Assembly: GCA_005888595.1 (NCBI GenBank)
Contig: VBAL01000112.1
Location: 24,353-88,352, forward strand
Reading direction: 5' to 3'
DNA: 64,000 nucleotides
Origin: Candidatus Segetimicrobium genomatis
GTDB taxonomy: Bacteria; Sysuimicrobiota; Sysuimicrobiia; Sysuimicrobiales; Kaftiobacteriaceae
The translations under genes were made by a program, and so were the position numbers. Shown here piece by piece: positions 27,908 to 37,135 of the stretch. Every line of letters begins with the position of its first letter. Position 1 is the stretch's first letter. The notes under the pieces are model-generated. The model worked only from the letters and a program-made list of their open reading frames with translations, was not told where the DNA came from and did no database searches.

Positions 27908-27949
27908 GCCCACGCACATCTCCGTTCGAGGAGGCGCACCGGGCGCAGC

Positions 27950-28327
27950 ATGAGCGTGGACGTCGGCACCATCGTGGAAGGAACGGTCGTCAAGATCACC
28001 AATTACGGCGCGTTCGTCGAGCTCCCGGACGGCAGAAGCGGACTCGTTCACATCCGGGAAATTGCCGATACCTACGTCAAGGACGTCCGGGATTATCTGA
28101 AGGAGCAAGAGAAGGTTAAGGTCAAGGTTCTGGGTCTCAACGAACGTGGCAAGTTGGACCTCTCCGTCAAACAGGCACTGTCCCCAGAAGAACGCGCCAT
28201 CCGCGCCCGCGCCAAGACCTCGTTCGAAGACAAGCTGAAGGCCTTCATGAAGGAGAGCGAGGAGCGTCTCCTCGACCTGAAACGCAACACCGAAGCCAAG
28301 CGCGGCGGCGGCAAGAAACGCAAATAA
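27950..28327 (+). CDS. S1 RNA-binding domain protein (YabR-like)
   Basis: MSVDVGTIVEGTVVKITNYGAFVELPDGRSGLVHIREIADTYVKDVRDYLKEQEKVKVKVLGLNERGKLDLSVKQA. The longest ORF starts at 27878, but that region holds the promoter. Confidence 0.85.
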   Translation: MSVDVGTIVEGTVVKITNYGAFVELPDGRSGLVHIREIADTYVKDVRDYLKEQEKVKVKVLGLNERGKLDLSVKQALSPEERAIRARAKTSFEDKLKAFMKESEERLLDLKRNTEAKRGGGKKRK

Positions 28328-28332
28328 CTACA

Positions 28333-28453
28333 AGTCTACCCGGTCTTCCCGGTCTCCCCAGTCTACCCTGTCTCATGCAGATCTCTGCAAAACTCTGGTA
28401 TCTTTCTCTTTGACCGTGAAGACCGGGCGGACCGGGTAGACCGGGAAGACTAG
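28333..28453. repeat. Tandem 9-mer hairpin, GTCTNCCCN/AGACCGGGN family, between convergent genes
   Basis: In the left arm (28333-28374), gtct recurs every 9 nt (28334, 28343, 28352, 28361, 28370). Right arm 28412-28453: gaccgtgaa gaccgggcg gaccgggta gaccgggaa gactag, overlapping the stop of the minus-strand gene. Same family as 58671-58800. Confidence 0.88.
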
Positions 28454-28791
28454 GGTTCCTCGAGCAGCCAGGAGATATCTTCAAACGCCCGCCAGGTGAT
28501 GTCGTCGCGCTCCAGGGCGCGCGACCGGTCGTGAATATCCTGTCGTCCGGCCAGCGCCTGTAGGGCCTCGTCCATCCGGTCCAACCGTGTCTTCACCTGT
28601 TGTAACCGCTGGCCTTGCGATGTCGCGGGTAGCAGTTTCCGGACCTGCTCGAGTGCCTCCCGCTCCACGGCGCGCGCCCGTTGATCCATCTCCAGCGCCT
28701 CCAGGCGGCTGAAGGCGACCAGCCCACGCCGGTTGTCCAGCGCCAGCAGCACCGCGGATTTTACGTCTTCAAGGACCTTCTGCTCATCCAT
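28450..28791 (-). CDS. Hypothetical coiled-coil protein (113 aa), last gene of the six-gene operon
   Basis: ORF with high GC3. Heptad-like sequence EALEMDQRARAVEREALEQVRKLL...RLDRMDEALQALAG. No family recognised. Confidence 0.55.
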   Translation of the reverse strand: MDEQKVLEDVKSAVLLALDNRRGLVAFSRLEALEMDQRARAVEREALEQVRKLLPATSQGQRLQQVKTRLDRMDEALQALAGRQDIHDRSRALERDDITWRAFEDISWLLEEP

Positions 28792-28804
28792 AGGCTAGTG
28801 CGGA

Positions 28805-28834
28805 CCCTTTATCCCCTTATCCCATTATCCCTCG
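28805..28834. repeat. Tandem-heptamer run, GGGATAA/TTATCCC family (single arm)
   Basis: ccctttatccccttatcccattatccctcg. On the minus strand it encodes the last 8 codons and the TAA stop of the ABC gene (SRDNGIRG*). Same word as 34321-34375. Confidence 0.7.
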
Positions 28835-30740
28835 ATGCTCCTTCAGCGGCCGGGGCGGGTGGCAGGCGCACCTCCTGATCCCGATACTGCAGCTGGTACA
28901 GTTTCGTGTAAATGCCGCCGCGGGCCAGCAGCTCGCGGTGCGTACCTTCCTCCACGATACGCCCCTTGTGCAGGACCAGGATCCGGTCCACATTCTGGAT
29001 CGTGGAGAGCCTGTGCGCGATGATGATGGAGGTCCGACCGCGTAGAACCTTCCGCAACGCCTCCTGGATCAGCAACTCGGTCTCCGTGTCCACGCTGCTG
29101 GTGGCCTCGTCGAGAACCAGGAGGATCTCGGGATTGTGGGAAACCGCCCGCGCAAACGCGATGAGCTGCCGCTGGCCGCTGGACAGTGTCGCGCCGCGTT
29201 CCACAACACCTGTGGCGTAACCGCCGGGCAGCGCCTCGATGAAGCGGTTTGCGTTGACGAACTCCGCAGCCCTCCGGATCTCGTCGTCGGTAATTTCCTT
29301 GTTCCCCAACCGGATATTCGACGCGACCGTCCCCGAAAACAGGAACACGTCCTGCAGCACCAGCCCGATGTGCCGGCGCAGCTCGCGTTGTGCATAGTGG
29401 CGGATGTCCACGCCGTCCACCAGCACCTGCCCGCGCTGCGGATCGTAGAACCGGGTGATCAGGTTGATGATCGATGTCTTCCCCGCTCCGGTATGCCCGA
29501 CGAACGCCACGCTCTCCCCCGGCCGGATCGCGAACGACACGCCGCGCAGCACCCAGCCGTCCGTGCCCTCCGGGGGCGGTGGCTCACCCCGCGCCGTCGC
29601 ACCGCGATGCTCACCCGGCTCCCCGCGGCGCCCGCCGCCGCCCGCGGGCTCGGTCGCGGGGTAGGCAAACCAGACGCTCTGGAACTCAATCTGTCCACGC
29701 ACCCGCGGGAGGGGCACGGGATCGGGCGGATCCTGCACGGTCACCGGCTCGTCCAGCACACGAAAGATACGCTCGGAGCTGGCCATCGCCGCCTGGAGGA
29801 TGTTGTACTTCTCGGCGAGGTCCTGGATCGGCCGGAAGAATCGCTCGGTATATTGGATGAATGCGACCAGCACGCCGAGTGTGACCGCCTGCTGCACCAC
29901 CCGCCCTCCGCCGTACCAGATCAGCAACGCCGTCGCTACCGCGCCGAGGAATCCGACGAACGGATAGAACAGGGCAAACGAGCGAATGGCCTGCAGGTTG
30001 GCCGTGAGGTGGTCGCGGTTTAGGTCATCGAACTGCGCAGCATTCGCTCGTTCCCGGTTGAACAACTGCACGATGGACATGCCCATGATGTTCTCGTTCA
30101 GGTCGGCGTTGATGCGGGCGATGCGGATCCGAATGGCGCGATACGATTCCCGAGAGCGGGCCTGAAACCACAACGTCATCGCCACGAGCGCCGGCACGAC
30201 CGAGAAGGCCAGCAAGGCCAGGCGCCAGTCCAACCAGACCATCGCCGCCACCACGCCGACCAGCAGGAAGACGTCGCCGAAGACGGTGACCACCCCCGAC
30301 GTGACCATCTCGTACAGCGTGTCCACGTCGTTGGTGATCCGCGTCATCAGCCGGCCCACGGGATTTCGGGCGAAAAACGCGACCGCCAGCCGCTGCAGGT
30401 GGCTGAACACCTCCATCCGCAGTTCATACATGACCTGCTGCCCCACGAGTTGCGTGATATAGTTCTGCCCGTAGCGCACGGCGGCGCCGACCACCAGGGT
30501 GCCCAGATACAGCGCCGAGAGCACCGACACCCCGCTCATGTCCTGGATCCGGATGTATCGGTCGATCGCGACTTTCACAAAGTACGGACCGGCCAGATCG
30601 GCGGCCGCGGCCACCAGCAGCAGAACGATGGACGCCGTCACGGCGCGCCGGTACGGTCGCACATAGCGCAACAGCCGGCGCATCAACCGCGCATCATAGG
30701 CTTTGCCGAGGATCTCGTCTTCCTGGAAATGTGTACTCAT
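28809..30740 (-). CDS. ABC transporter permease/ATP-binding protein (type I exporter half-transporter)
   Basis: 643 aa. Six-helix TMD plus an NBD (GHTGAGKTSI, LSSGQRQLIAFARA, ILVLDEATSSVD). It carries an unusual low-complexity insert of about 32 aa in the NBD (TEPAGGGGRRGEPGEHRGATARGEPPPPEGTD). Confidence 0.9.
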   Translation of the reverse strand: MSTHFQEDEILGKAYDARLMRRLLRYVRPYRRAVTASIVLLLVAAAADLAGPYFVKVAIDRYIRIQDMSGVSVLSALYLGTLVVGAAVRYGQNYITQLVGQQVMYELRMEVFSHLQRLAVAFFARNPVGRLMTRITNDVDTLYEMVTSGVVTVFGDVFLLVGVVAAMVWLDWRLALLAFSVVPALVAMTLWFQARSRESYRAIRIRIARINADLNENIMGMSIVQLFNRERANAAQFDDLNRDHLTANLQAIRSFALFYPFVGFLGAVATALLIWYGGGRVVQQAVTLGVLVAFIQYTERFFRPIQDLAEKYNILQAAMASSERIFRVLDEPVTVQDPPDPVPLPRVRGQIEFQSVWFAYPATEPAGGGGRRGEPGEHRGATARGEPPPPEGTDGWVLRGVSFAIRPGESVAFVGHTGAGKTSIINLITRFYDPQRGQVLVDGVDIRHYAQRELRRHIGLVLQDVFLFSGTVASNIRLGNKEITDDEIRRAAEFVNANRFIEALPGGYATGVVERGATLSSGQRQLIAFARAVSHNPEILLVLDEATSSVDTETELLIQEALRKVLRGRTSIIIAHRLSTIQNVDRILVLHKGRIVEEGTHRELLARGGIYTKLYQLQYRDQEVRLPPAPAAEGASRDNGIRG

Positions 30741-32488
30741 CGGACCGGTGCGTCCAGATCGGTGGCTTCGAGTTCCTCCTCCAGCAACTGCTTCTGGTAC
30801 AGGTCGGCATAGAGTCCGCCGCCGGCCAGCAGGGTCTCGTGGGTCCCGCGCTGGACGATCTTCCCATTGTCCAGAACAATGATTTGGTCGGCGTGGCGCA
30901 CGGTGGAGATGCGGTGCGAGATGATGATCGCGGTCCGCGTGGCCATGACGCCGCGCAACTGCCGCAGGATCTCCTCTTCCGTGTCGGTGTCCACGCTGCT
31001 CAGCGCGTCGTCCAGGATGAGGATGGATGGATCCCGCGCCACGGCCCGCGCGATCGCGGCGCGCTGCTTCTGGCCACCCGAGAGCGTGACGCCCCGTTCG
31101 CCGACCACGGTGTCGTAGCCGTGTGGAAAGTCGGCCACGTCTGGGGCCAGGCGGGCAATTTCCGCCGCTTTTTGGATGCGCGGGGCGTCGGGCGCCTCGA
31201 GACCGTAGGCAATGTTCTCACCCAGGGACGCCGAGAACATGAATGTATCCTGTGGGACCATCCCGATGCACCGGCGCAGGTCGGTAATCCGGTACCGCCG
31301 CACGTCTACGCCGTCGACCAACACGCTTCCCTCGGTGGGTTCAAACAGCCTCGGGATGAGATTGACCAGCGTACTCTTCCCTGACCCGGTGGGACCGACA
31401 ATCGCCACCGTCGTACCCGCCGGAACATGCAGATCAATCCCAGACAACACCTGGCTGCCGTTGTATGAGAATCCTACCCGGCGAAACTCGACCTCCCCGC
31501 GCGGGGCCGGAAGAGCCTGAGCACCGGCCGGGTCGACGATCCTCGGCCGCTGCATGAAAATCTCATCCAGACGCTTCATCGACGCGAGCCCGCGCTGCAT
31601 GAGGTTGACAACCCACCCCAAGGCGACCATCGGCCAGGCCAGCTGGCCCAGGTAACCGATGAACTGCACAAACTGACCGAGCGTGATGCGGCCGGCGATC
31701 ACCGCCTGTCCACCCTGCCACAACAACACCACAGCCGCCAGACCGAGGAAGAACGACATCAGTGGCCACAGCGCGCCGTCCGTCTTGATCACCGCCAGGT
31801 TCCGCCGGATGTACTCGCGGTTCAGGACGGCAAACGCCTCGGTTTCATGTGGCTCCTGCGCGAACGCCTTGACCACTCGGATCCCGGAGAAATTCTCCTG
31901 CGCTTGGGCAGAGATGACGCTGAATTGCTCCTGCACCGACTCGTACTGCCGGTGGATCAGCGGGCCCAGGACGATGAACGTCAGGCTCACCAGTGGGAGG
32001 ACCACCAGGATGTACAGGGTGAGGGTGAGATCGATGGCGAGCATGAAGCCAGCCGCGATCGCCGTCAGGACCAACGTGCTGGTGAAGTGCATGATACCGG
32101 GCCCGATGAACCGCTGGACGGTGGAAAGGTCGCTCACGGCGCGCGTCATCAAGTCGCCGGTGCGAGTGTGCTGGAAGAATCCCACGTGCAGGCGCTGCAG
32201 GTGGGCGAAATAGTCGTTGCGGATCTCGTACTCGATGACGCGGGAAACGCCGAGGATGTGCATCCGCCAATAGTACCGCAAGATCCAGACGGCGAGGTTC
32301 AGGGCGACCAGCACCGCCGCGTATCGCAGCAGGGAGGACAGCGCCGCTCCGGCGGCAATGGCGTCGACGGCCAGACGAAGCACCAGCGGACCGAGCATCA
32401 GCAGCACGGCGCTGGCCGTGCCGAGCAGGAAGCCGATCACGTAGGAGCGCGCGTGGCGCCGAAGGTACTTGCGGAGTCGAGGGCTCAT
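30737..32488 (-). CDS. ABC transporter permease/ATP-binding protein (heterodimer partner)
   Basis: 583 aa. TMD plus NBD (GPTGSGKSTL, LSGGQKQRAAIARA, ILILDDALSSVD). 4-nt ATGA overlaps with both neighbouring genes. Confidence 0.9.
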   Translation of the reverse strand: MSPRLRKYLRRHARSYVIGFLLGTASAVLLMLGPLVLRLAVDAIAAGAALSSLLRYAAVLVALNLAVWILRYYWRMHILGVSRVIEYEIRNDYFAHLQRLHVGFFQHTRTGDLMTRAVSDLSTVQRFIGPGIMHFTSTLVLTAIAAGFMLAIDLTLTLYILVVLPLVSLTFIVLGPLIHRQYESVQEQFSVISAQAQENFSGIRVVKAFAQEPHETEAFAVLNREYIRRNLAVIKTDGALWPLMSFFLGLAAVVLLWQGGQAVIAGRITLGQFVQFIGYLGQLAWPMVALGWVVNLMQRGLASMKRLDEIFMQRPRIVDPAGAQALPAPRGEVEFRRVGFSYNGSQVLSGIDLHVPAGTTVAIVGPTGSGKSTLVNLIPRLFEPTEGSVLVDGVDVRRYRITDLRRCIGMVPQDTFMFSASLGENIAYGLEAPDAPRIQKAAEIARLAPDVADFPHGYDTVVGERGVTLSGGQKQRAAIARAVARDPSILILDDALSSVDTDTEEEILRQLRGVMATRTAIIISHRISTVRHADQIIVLDNGKIVQRGTHETLLAGGGLYADLYQKQLLEEELEATDLDAPVR

Positions 32489-33309
32489 CGGAGCAGCGTC
32501 GCGACACCGTAGGCAAGCAGCACACCGGTCGCACGCAGCGAGAGGTCCACGTCCCGATCTGCGCCGTCGTCGCTGCTCCAGCCCCCATCAATGCGCTGAA
32601 GTGCCAGGAGCCGAGCCAATCCTGCGGCGACGAACGGATCGTCTGCAGGAAGGCCCGCCAGGTACAGGGCATTGAGCGAGTCGGCCAGACGGTCGGCCGT
32701 CCACACCTCCGGCGACAGGCGCCGCAGCGCATCGAGTCCCGCGGACGTAGCCGCCGAGGAGGGACCATCAACCATCAACAACGCCGCGGCAACCTGTGCC
32801 GTCACATGCGCAGGCTCCTCGGCCGGCCAGCCCCCATCGCGTGAGGCGCGAAGGCATATCGCCGCCCGCATCACAGCATCGTGGCGCGAGCCGAGCAGCC
32901 GGGCCATCCATGAAGCGGCGAGTGCCGTGCAGTATGTGCGGGCCAGGGGAACTCCGGGGCGGACCAGCGCCGGTGGATCGAACCGCAGCACCGCGGGGCT
33001 TTCCTCCCACGCCCCATCCGGCCGCTGCACCGTGAGCAGATACCCGGTGGCACGCTCCACATACGACGATGGCAGGAGCCGGAGGTCGTGCATCCACTGC
33101 ATCGCTGTGGCGGTCGCCGTGATCGCGGATGGCCGGCCGTGGATCAACCCGTAGGGAAACCCACCATCTTCGTTCTGCCGGGCCAGCAGCGACCGCGCCA
33201 CCTTCGGCTCGGCCCGTGAGCGCCCGAGCAGGCCCGCCAGCCGTGCGCGCTCCAGTTCATCGCCGTTCTCCTGCACATAGGCGATCGCGGCTGTGAGGTA
33301 CGTGCGCAT
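32485..33309 (-). CDS. Prenyltransferase/squalene-oxidase repeat (alpha/alpha-toroid) protein
   Basis: Four QW-like repeats: NEDGGFPYG, RPDGAWEE, SRDGGWPAE, RIDGGWSSD. Confidence 0.7.
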   Translation of the reverse strand: MRTYLTAAIAYVQENGDELERARLAGLLGRSRAEPKVARSLLARQNEDGGFPYGLIHGRPSAITATATAMQWMHDLRLLPSSYVERATGYLLTVQRPDGAWEESPAVLRFDPPALVRPGVPLARTYCTALAASWMARLLGSRHDAVMRAAICLRASRDGGWPAEEPAHVTAQVAAALLMVDGPSSAATSAGLDALRRLSPEVWTADRLADSLNALYLAGLPADDPFVAAGLARLLALQRIDGGWSSDDGADRDVDLSLRATGVLLAYGVATLLR

Positions 33310-33321
33310 CAGTTCATCCGC

Positions 33322-34058
33322 TCACAAGAAGGAGTCCAAGCGGCTCACACCAACGCCGGCCTGGTCGAGCGCCTGGCGCACGGCCTTGGCCAGCGCCGCA
33401 GCCCGCGGCGTATCTCCATGGATACACAGGGTGTCGGCTTCCACCGTAATCGTTTCTCCGCTCTCCGTGGAGACGACGTGTTCTGTCGCGAGGAGCACCG
33501 CCCGCTCCGCGGCCGTGGCCGGGTCGGTAATGAGAGCCCCGGACTGGCTCCGGGGCATTAGGGTTCCCCCAGAGGAGTATCCACGGTCGATGAACGCTTC
33601 CTGCGCAACACGCAGTCCCAGGTTCAGCAATACAGTTACCAGCGGGGAACCAGCCAGCGCCACCACGATGAGTGCGCGGTCCACCAGCCGCACCGCTTCG
33701 CCGATCGCAGCGGCGAGGGCGTGATCGGCGACCGCTTGATTGTAGAGCGCGCCATGGGGCTTGACGTGCTGCAGCCGTACGCCGGCGTCCCGCGCCACCC
33801 CGGCCACGACCTCAATTTGGCCTGCAACCGTCGCCACGACGTCGCCTGCCCGCAGCGCCATGGCGCGTCGCCCGAATCCCTCGCGGTCCGGAAAGGAGGG
33901 ATGGGCGCCGATACCCACGCCATGGGTCTGGGCGAGCTCAACCGTGCGCCGGATGGTCTCCAGATCACCAGCGTGCGCCCCGCAGGCCACGTTGACTGAG
34001 GTGATGTACGGCAGGAGGTCTCCATCTGTCCCGACTCCCTCGCCGAGATCTGCATTGA
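33322..34058 (-). CDS. pxpA: 5-oxoprolinase subunit A / LamB-YcsF family protein
   Basis: IDLNADLGEG...VNVACGAHAGD...IGAHPSFPDREGFGRR...KPHGALYN. The longest ORF reaches 34107 but overlaps the upstream gene. The GTG at 34058 lies 2 nt after that gene's stop. Confidence 0.85.
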
Positions 34059-34060
34059 GA

Positions 34061-34324
34061 TCAATCACGGCGAGGAAAACCTTCGAGATAGCGCTTGGCC
34101 GCCTCAAAGCGTGTGCGCAACCGGTCCTGCCAGTCAGGCGCAGTCAGATCAGCTTCCGGCATGAACAGCAACGCGCCGGCCTTGCCGAGGCGCAGCCCGT
34201 ACTCCACGCCGGCATACGGCTCGGTCACGTACCGGACGTCGCCCCGATCCAACACGAGGCGGGGATCCACGCGCGAAATTATTTGCCGGAACTTCTCGAT
34301 GGCGTCGTCTTCGCGAATGGCCAT
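34061..34324 (-). CDS. Hypothetical protein (87 aa), first gene of the six-gene operon
   Basis: ATG start, high GC3, tight coupling to pxpA. No family recognised. Confidence 0.5.
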   Translation of the reverse strand: MAIREDDAIEKFRQIISRVDPRLVLDRGDVRYVTEPYAGVEYGLRLGKAGALLFMPEADLTAPDWQDRLRTRFEAAKRYLEGFPRRD

Positions 34325-34375
34325 ATCCTTATTCTAAATGAAACAATGGGATGAGGGATAATGGGATAAATGGAC
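34321..34375. repeat. Short hairpin of the GGGATAA/TTATCCC heptamer family
   Basis: ccatatccttattc - taaatgaaaca - atgggatgagggataatgggataaatgg. Confidence 0.6.
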
Positions 34376-34413
34376 AAAAGAGCCGCCCTTCCGGGGCGCC
34401 TAAGGAGTGCAAC

Positions 34414-34974
34414 ATGAATTGGCAGGAGCATTACGACAAAGGACTACCCTATCACGAGTTTCTCAGCAAGTTCGGTACGTCCCAGCACCTTCAGCGGTGG
34501 CAGGCCGTCTACGACCGCATACGGCTGACCGATACCCACCAAGCGTTGCTGCAGGGGTTCGTGCGAGAGATGCACCTGCTCTGCGTCGCCGGCGCCTGGT
34601 GCGGCGACTGCGTGCGGGAGGGCCCGATCCTCCAGCACATCGCCGAATCGTCGTCGAAGATCTCGCTGCGGTTTCTCGACCGCGACGACCACGCCGACTT
34701 GGCTGCGCAACTGGCGATCAACGATGGATTGCGCATCCCCATGGTGCTCTTCTTGAGCGAGGATGACTTCGAGTGCGCCCGCTTCGGTGAGCGGACGCTG
34801 GCCACCTACCGGAAGATGACCACCGAGCAACTCGGACCGGCCTGCCCGACCGGGATTGTCCCGCCCGGAGAAGACTACCTCGGAGTGGTCACGCAGGAGT
34901 GGATGAACGAGGTGGAGCGGGTGCAGCTGCTGCTGCGGCTATCAGCGAGATTGCGGCACAAACACGGAGATTGA
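34414..34974 (+). CDS. Thioredoxin-fold protein with a WCGDC active site
   Basis: LLCVAGAWCGDCVREGPILQHIAE. The ATG at 34414 is preferred; the longest ORF starts at 34351, inside the repeat region. Confidence 0.7.
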   Translation: MNWQEHYDKGLPYHEFLSKFGTSQHLQRWQAVYDRIRLTDTHQALLQGFVREMHLLCVAGAWCGDCVREGPILQHIAESSSKISLRFLDRDDHADLAAQLAINDGLRIPMVLFLSEDDFECARFGERTLATYRKMTTEQLGPACPTGIVPPGEDYLGVVTQEWMNEVERVQLLLRLSARLRHKHGD

Positions 34975-35014
34975 CGACCATACTAACGGGCTTCGGGCAT
35001 CGGCTTTGGTGGTG

Positions 35015-35095
35015 GTCATTGCGAGGCCTAGCAGAGGCCGAAGCAATCTCCTCACAAGAGAGATCGCCACGGCCCTGCGGGCCTCGCGATGACAG
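35015..35095. repeat. Composite palindromic element (GTCATTGCGAG...CTCGCGATGAC), copy 2
   Basis: gtcattgcgaggcctagcagaggccgaagcaatctcc-tcacaaga-gagatcgccacggccctgcgggcctcgcgatgacag. A CGCGTTC-type heptamer run follows at 35101-35125. Confidence 0.85.
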
Positions 35096-35140
35096 ACATG
35101 TGTCCCCGCGTTCCCGCGATCCCGTTATAATGTGGCAGGC

Positions 35141-35218
35141 GGCCCCATCGTCTAGCCTGGTCTAGGACGCGGCCCTCTCAAGGCCGAGACAGGGGTTCGA
35201 ATCCCCTTGGGGCTACCA
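35141..35218 (+). tRNA. tRNA-Glu (anticodon CUC), CCA encoded
   Basis: Hand-folded cloverleaf. Acceptor stem GGCCCCA/TGGGGCT. D arm GTCT...AGGAC. Anticodon stem CGGCC/GGCCG with loop CT-CTC-AA. T arm AGGGG-TTCGAAT-CCCCT. Discriminator A plus CCA. Collinear with E. coli tRNA-Glu. TATAAT at 35126-35131 is a possible -10. Confidence 0.9.
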
Positions 35219-35294
35219 AATGGCAGCACCCGGGCGGCAAGAGCTGCCTACGTTGGCCAAAAGCCGCCAAAACTTAGGACGGTGACCAAATAAT

Positions 35295-35867
35295 ATGACC
35301 CCGGAACAGATCAAAGAATTCATCCAAGGCGGCGAATGGGTCAGCATCACCCCCGAGGTGCGTCCGAGCGCGAACAAAACGGCGACGGGAGAGCCCCAGC
35401 CGTTTTACTGTTCGCGAATCTTCAGGTATTCCGCCCCCGATCGGTTCGAGTGCACCATCATGAACTACGCGGACCCCAACGGGAGAGTGCCCTTGGCGAG
35501 AATCGCGATCAAAGGGCACAACGTCTGGCAAGGGGAACACCCCCTCGCGAAGGGCGCCTACAAACTCGACTACGTCGCCGACGAAGCGTACGAAGTGACG
35601 CCGTTGCACCAAGGGTTTGCCGATGCTGCGAACAAATTCCCGGCCACAGGATTAAGCAAGTGGGAAGTCAATGTCACGCAAGATGTGAAGGGTAAAGCGT
35701 TTCGGTTATTCGGCCTCACGGAAGGACGAACGTATGTCGACTACGATCTCATCTATATCCACGATGGCATGCTGTTCAACGGCAGCAAGAACGTGGACGG
35801 ACGCCCCTTTGACAAACCCGAAAACAGGCCGACGAATCTCCAGATCCCCCTTATACGGAAGAGGTGA
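35295..35867 (+). CDS. Hypothetical protein (190 aa) in the lower-GC islet
   Basis: ATG with GGACGGTGA upstream. Mixed beta-rich sequence. No family recognised from sequence alone. Confidence 0.6.
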   Translation: MTPEQIKEFIQGGEWVSITPEVRPSANKTATGEPQPFYCSRIFRYSAPDRFECTIMNYADPNGRVPLARIAIKGHNVWQGEHPLAKGAYKLDYVADEAYEVTPLHQGFADAANKFPATGLSKWEVNVTQDVKGKAFRLFGLTEGRTYVDYDLIYIHDGMLFNGSKNVDGRPFDKPENRPTNLQIPLIRKR

Positions 35868-36035
35868 ATGGGAATCAGCGCCGGAAGCTTTGCCCAAAGT
35901 TCGCTCGCCCTTCACCTGCTGTTGACATCTGGGGGATAGAGTAGTCGCGGATGATAAGAACGGGGATCCGAAGGAGGAACATCATCCACCCGGAGGGCCC
36001 TAGGCCCCTCCGGGTTGGAGCGATCGACGACAGAA

Positions 36036-36241
36036 TGAGTCAGCGCGGCAGGCTCCAGCGGATCACGATGCCATCCCGCAGCGATCTGCGCCGCGCCGAG
36101 GTTTCCCTGCGCAGCTCCGGGGAGCTGCCTCCGGCGGTTATCCTGCAGGCAGCGGAGCAACTGTGCAGGGTCATGGCGGCGCCGAGCGTCACCGACATCC
36201 GCATCACTGTTTGCCCCGACTCCGAGCGGCCCGAGAGTTAG
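36036..36241 (+). CDS. Possible small protein (68 aa from the ATG; the ORF is open from 35951)
   Basis: Strong GC3 bias in this frame (about 85 percent). It ends 13 nt before the HAD gene. No homology recognised. Confidence 0.3.
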
Positions 36242-36254
36242 CGGGTCGAATCAC

Positions 36255-36920
36255 GTGGAACAGGTCTACGATTTCATCACCTTTGACTGCTACGGGACAC
36301 TGATGGACTGGGAGAGCGGCATCGCTGAAGCGTTTGCGCAATCATCGGCGGTCGATGGAGTTACGCTGGGCACCGCCGCCGTGCTGGCCGCGTATGCCGA
36401 CATAGAACCAGAGGTTGAAGCGGAGACCTATCGCACCTACCGCGCGGTCCTCACAGAGACAGCACGGCGCGTGGCAAGACGGTTTGGATGGCCATTGTCG
36501 GAGGAGCGGGCATCGTTCCTCGCCGATAGCCTTCCCAATTGGCGGCCCTTCACGGATACGAACAGTGCGCTGAGAAGGCTAGGTGCCGCAGGCTATCGGC
36601 TCGGCATCCTTTCGAACGTGGACGACGATCTGCTCGCTGGAACGCTTCGCCACTTCAGTGTCAAGTTCGACCTTCTGGTCACCGCGCAGCAGGTTCGAGC
36701 GTACAAACCGGCCCACAAACACTTCCTTGCGGCCCGCGAGCGCATCGGCACGAGGCGCTGGCTGCATGCCGCTCAGAGTTACTTCCATGATGTGATCCCT
36801 GCGCGGGCACTAGGCATTCCTGTCGCCTGGATCAATCGTAAGAGAAGCGCAGCGCCTGATGGAGGTCACGCCGACCGCGAGTTCCGCACGCTAGCGGACC
36901 TGGCGGACTGGTTAGCGTAA
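36255..36920 (+). CDS. HAD-superfamily hydrolase (haloacid dehalogenase type II-like)
   Basis: Motif I FDCYGTLMDW. SNVDDD. KPAHKHF. GTG start. Confidence 0.8.
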   Translation: MEQVYDFITFDCYGTLMDWESGIAEAFAQSSAVDGVTLGTAAVLAAYADIEPEVEAETYRTYRAVLTETARRVARRFGWPLSEERASFLADSLPNWRPFTDTNSALRRLGAAGYRLGILSNVDDDLLAGTLRHFSVKFDLLVTAQQVRAYKPAHKHFLAARERIGTRRWLHAAQSYFHDVIPARALGIPVAWINRKRSAAPDGGHADREFRTLADLADWLA

Positions 36921-36928
36921 CGCGCCCT

Positions 36929-36953
36929 GTTCACGGTGCCTGTCACCGTGAAC
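36929..36953 (+). terminator. Perfect 10-bp stem hairpin after the HAD gene (no U tract)
   Basis: GTTCACGGTG-cctgt-CACCGTGAAC. Confidence 0.35.
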
Positions 36954-37071
36954 CCTGGCATGTCTCCGAGAACTCGTGCGCAAGCAATGATAGTGTCAAT
37001 GACCCAATCGAGTCATTTCCACCGACCAAATTAAGGCATTTCCACTAACAACTCATTGCTCAGCACGCGCA

Positions 37072-37123
37072 TTAGTGGGTGGCTTCTGCCGCCGTGTTAA
37101 TCAAGCCGACGACTGCTTCGGGG
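37072..37123 (-). pseudogene. Orphan 3'-end fragment of an alpha/beta-hydrolase gene; direct repeat of 37895-37946
   Basis: 48 of 52 nt are identical to the 3' end of the intact hydrolase gene. It encodes PEAVVGLINTAAEATH*, against PEAVVGLINSAAEASH* in the intact gene. Confidence 0.7.
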
Positions 37124-37135
37124 GCCGTTTCCAGC

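Noticed and set aside
35912-36160. 82-aa minus-strand ORF between the orphan gene and the HAD gene.
   Set aside because: Its sequence is implausible and its GC3 pattern is poor. The overlapping plus-strand frame (36036..36241) shows the coding-like GC3 bias instead.
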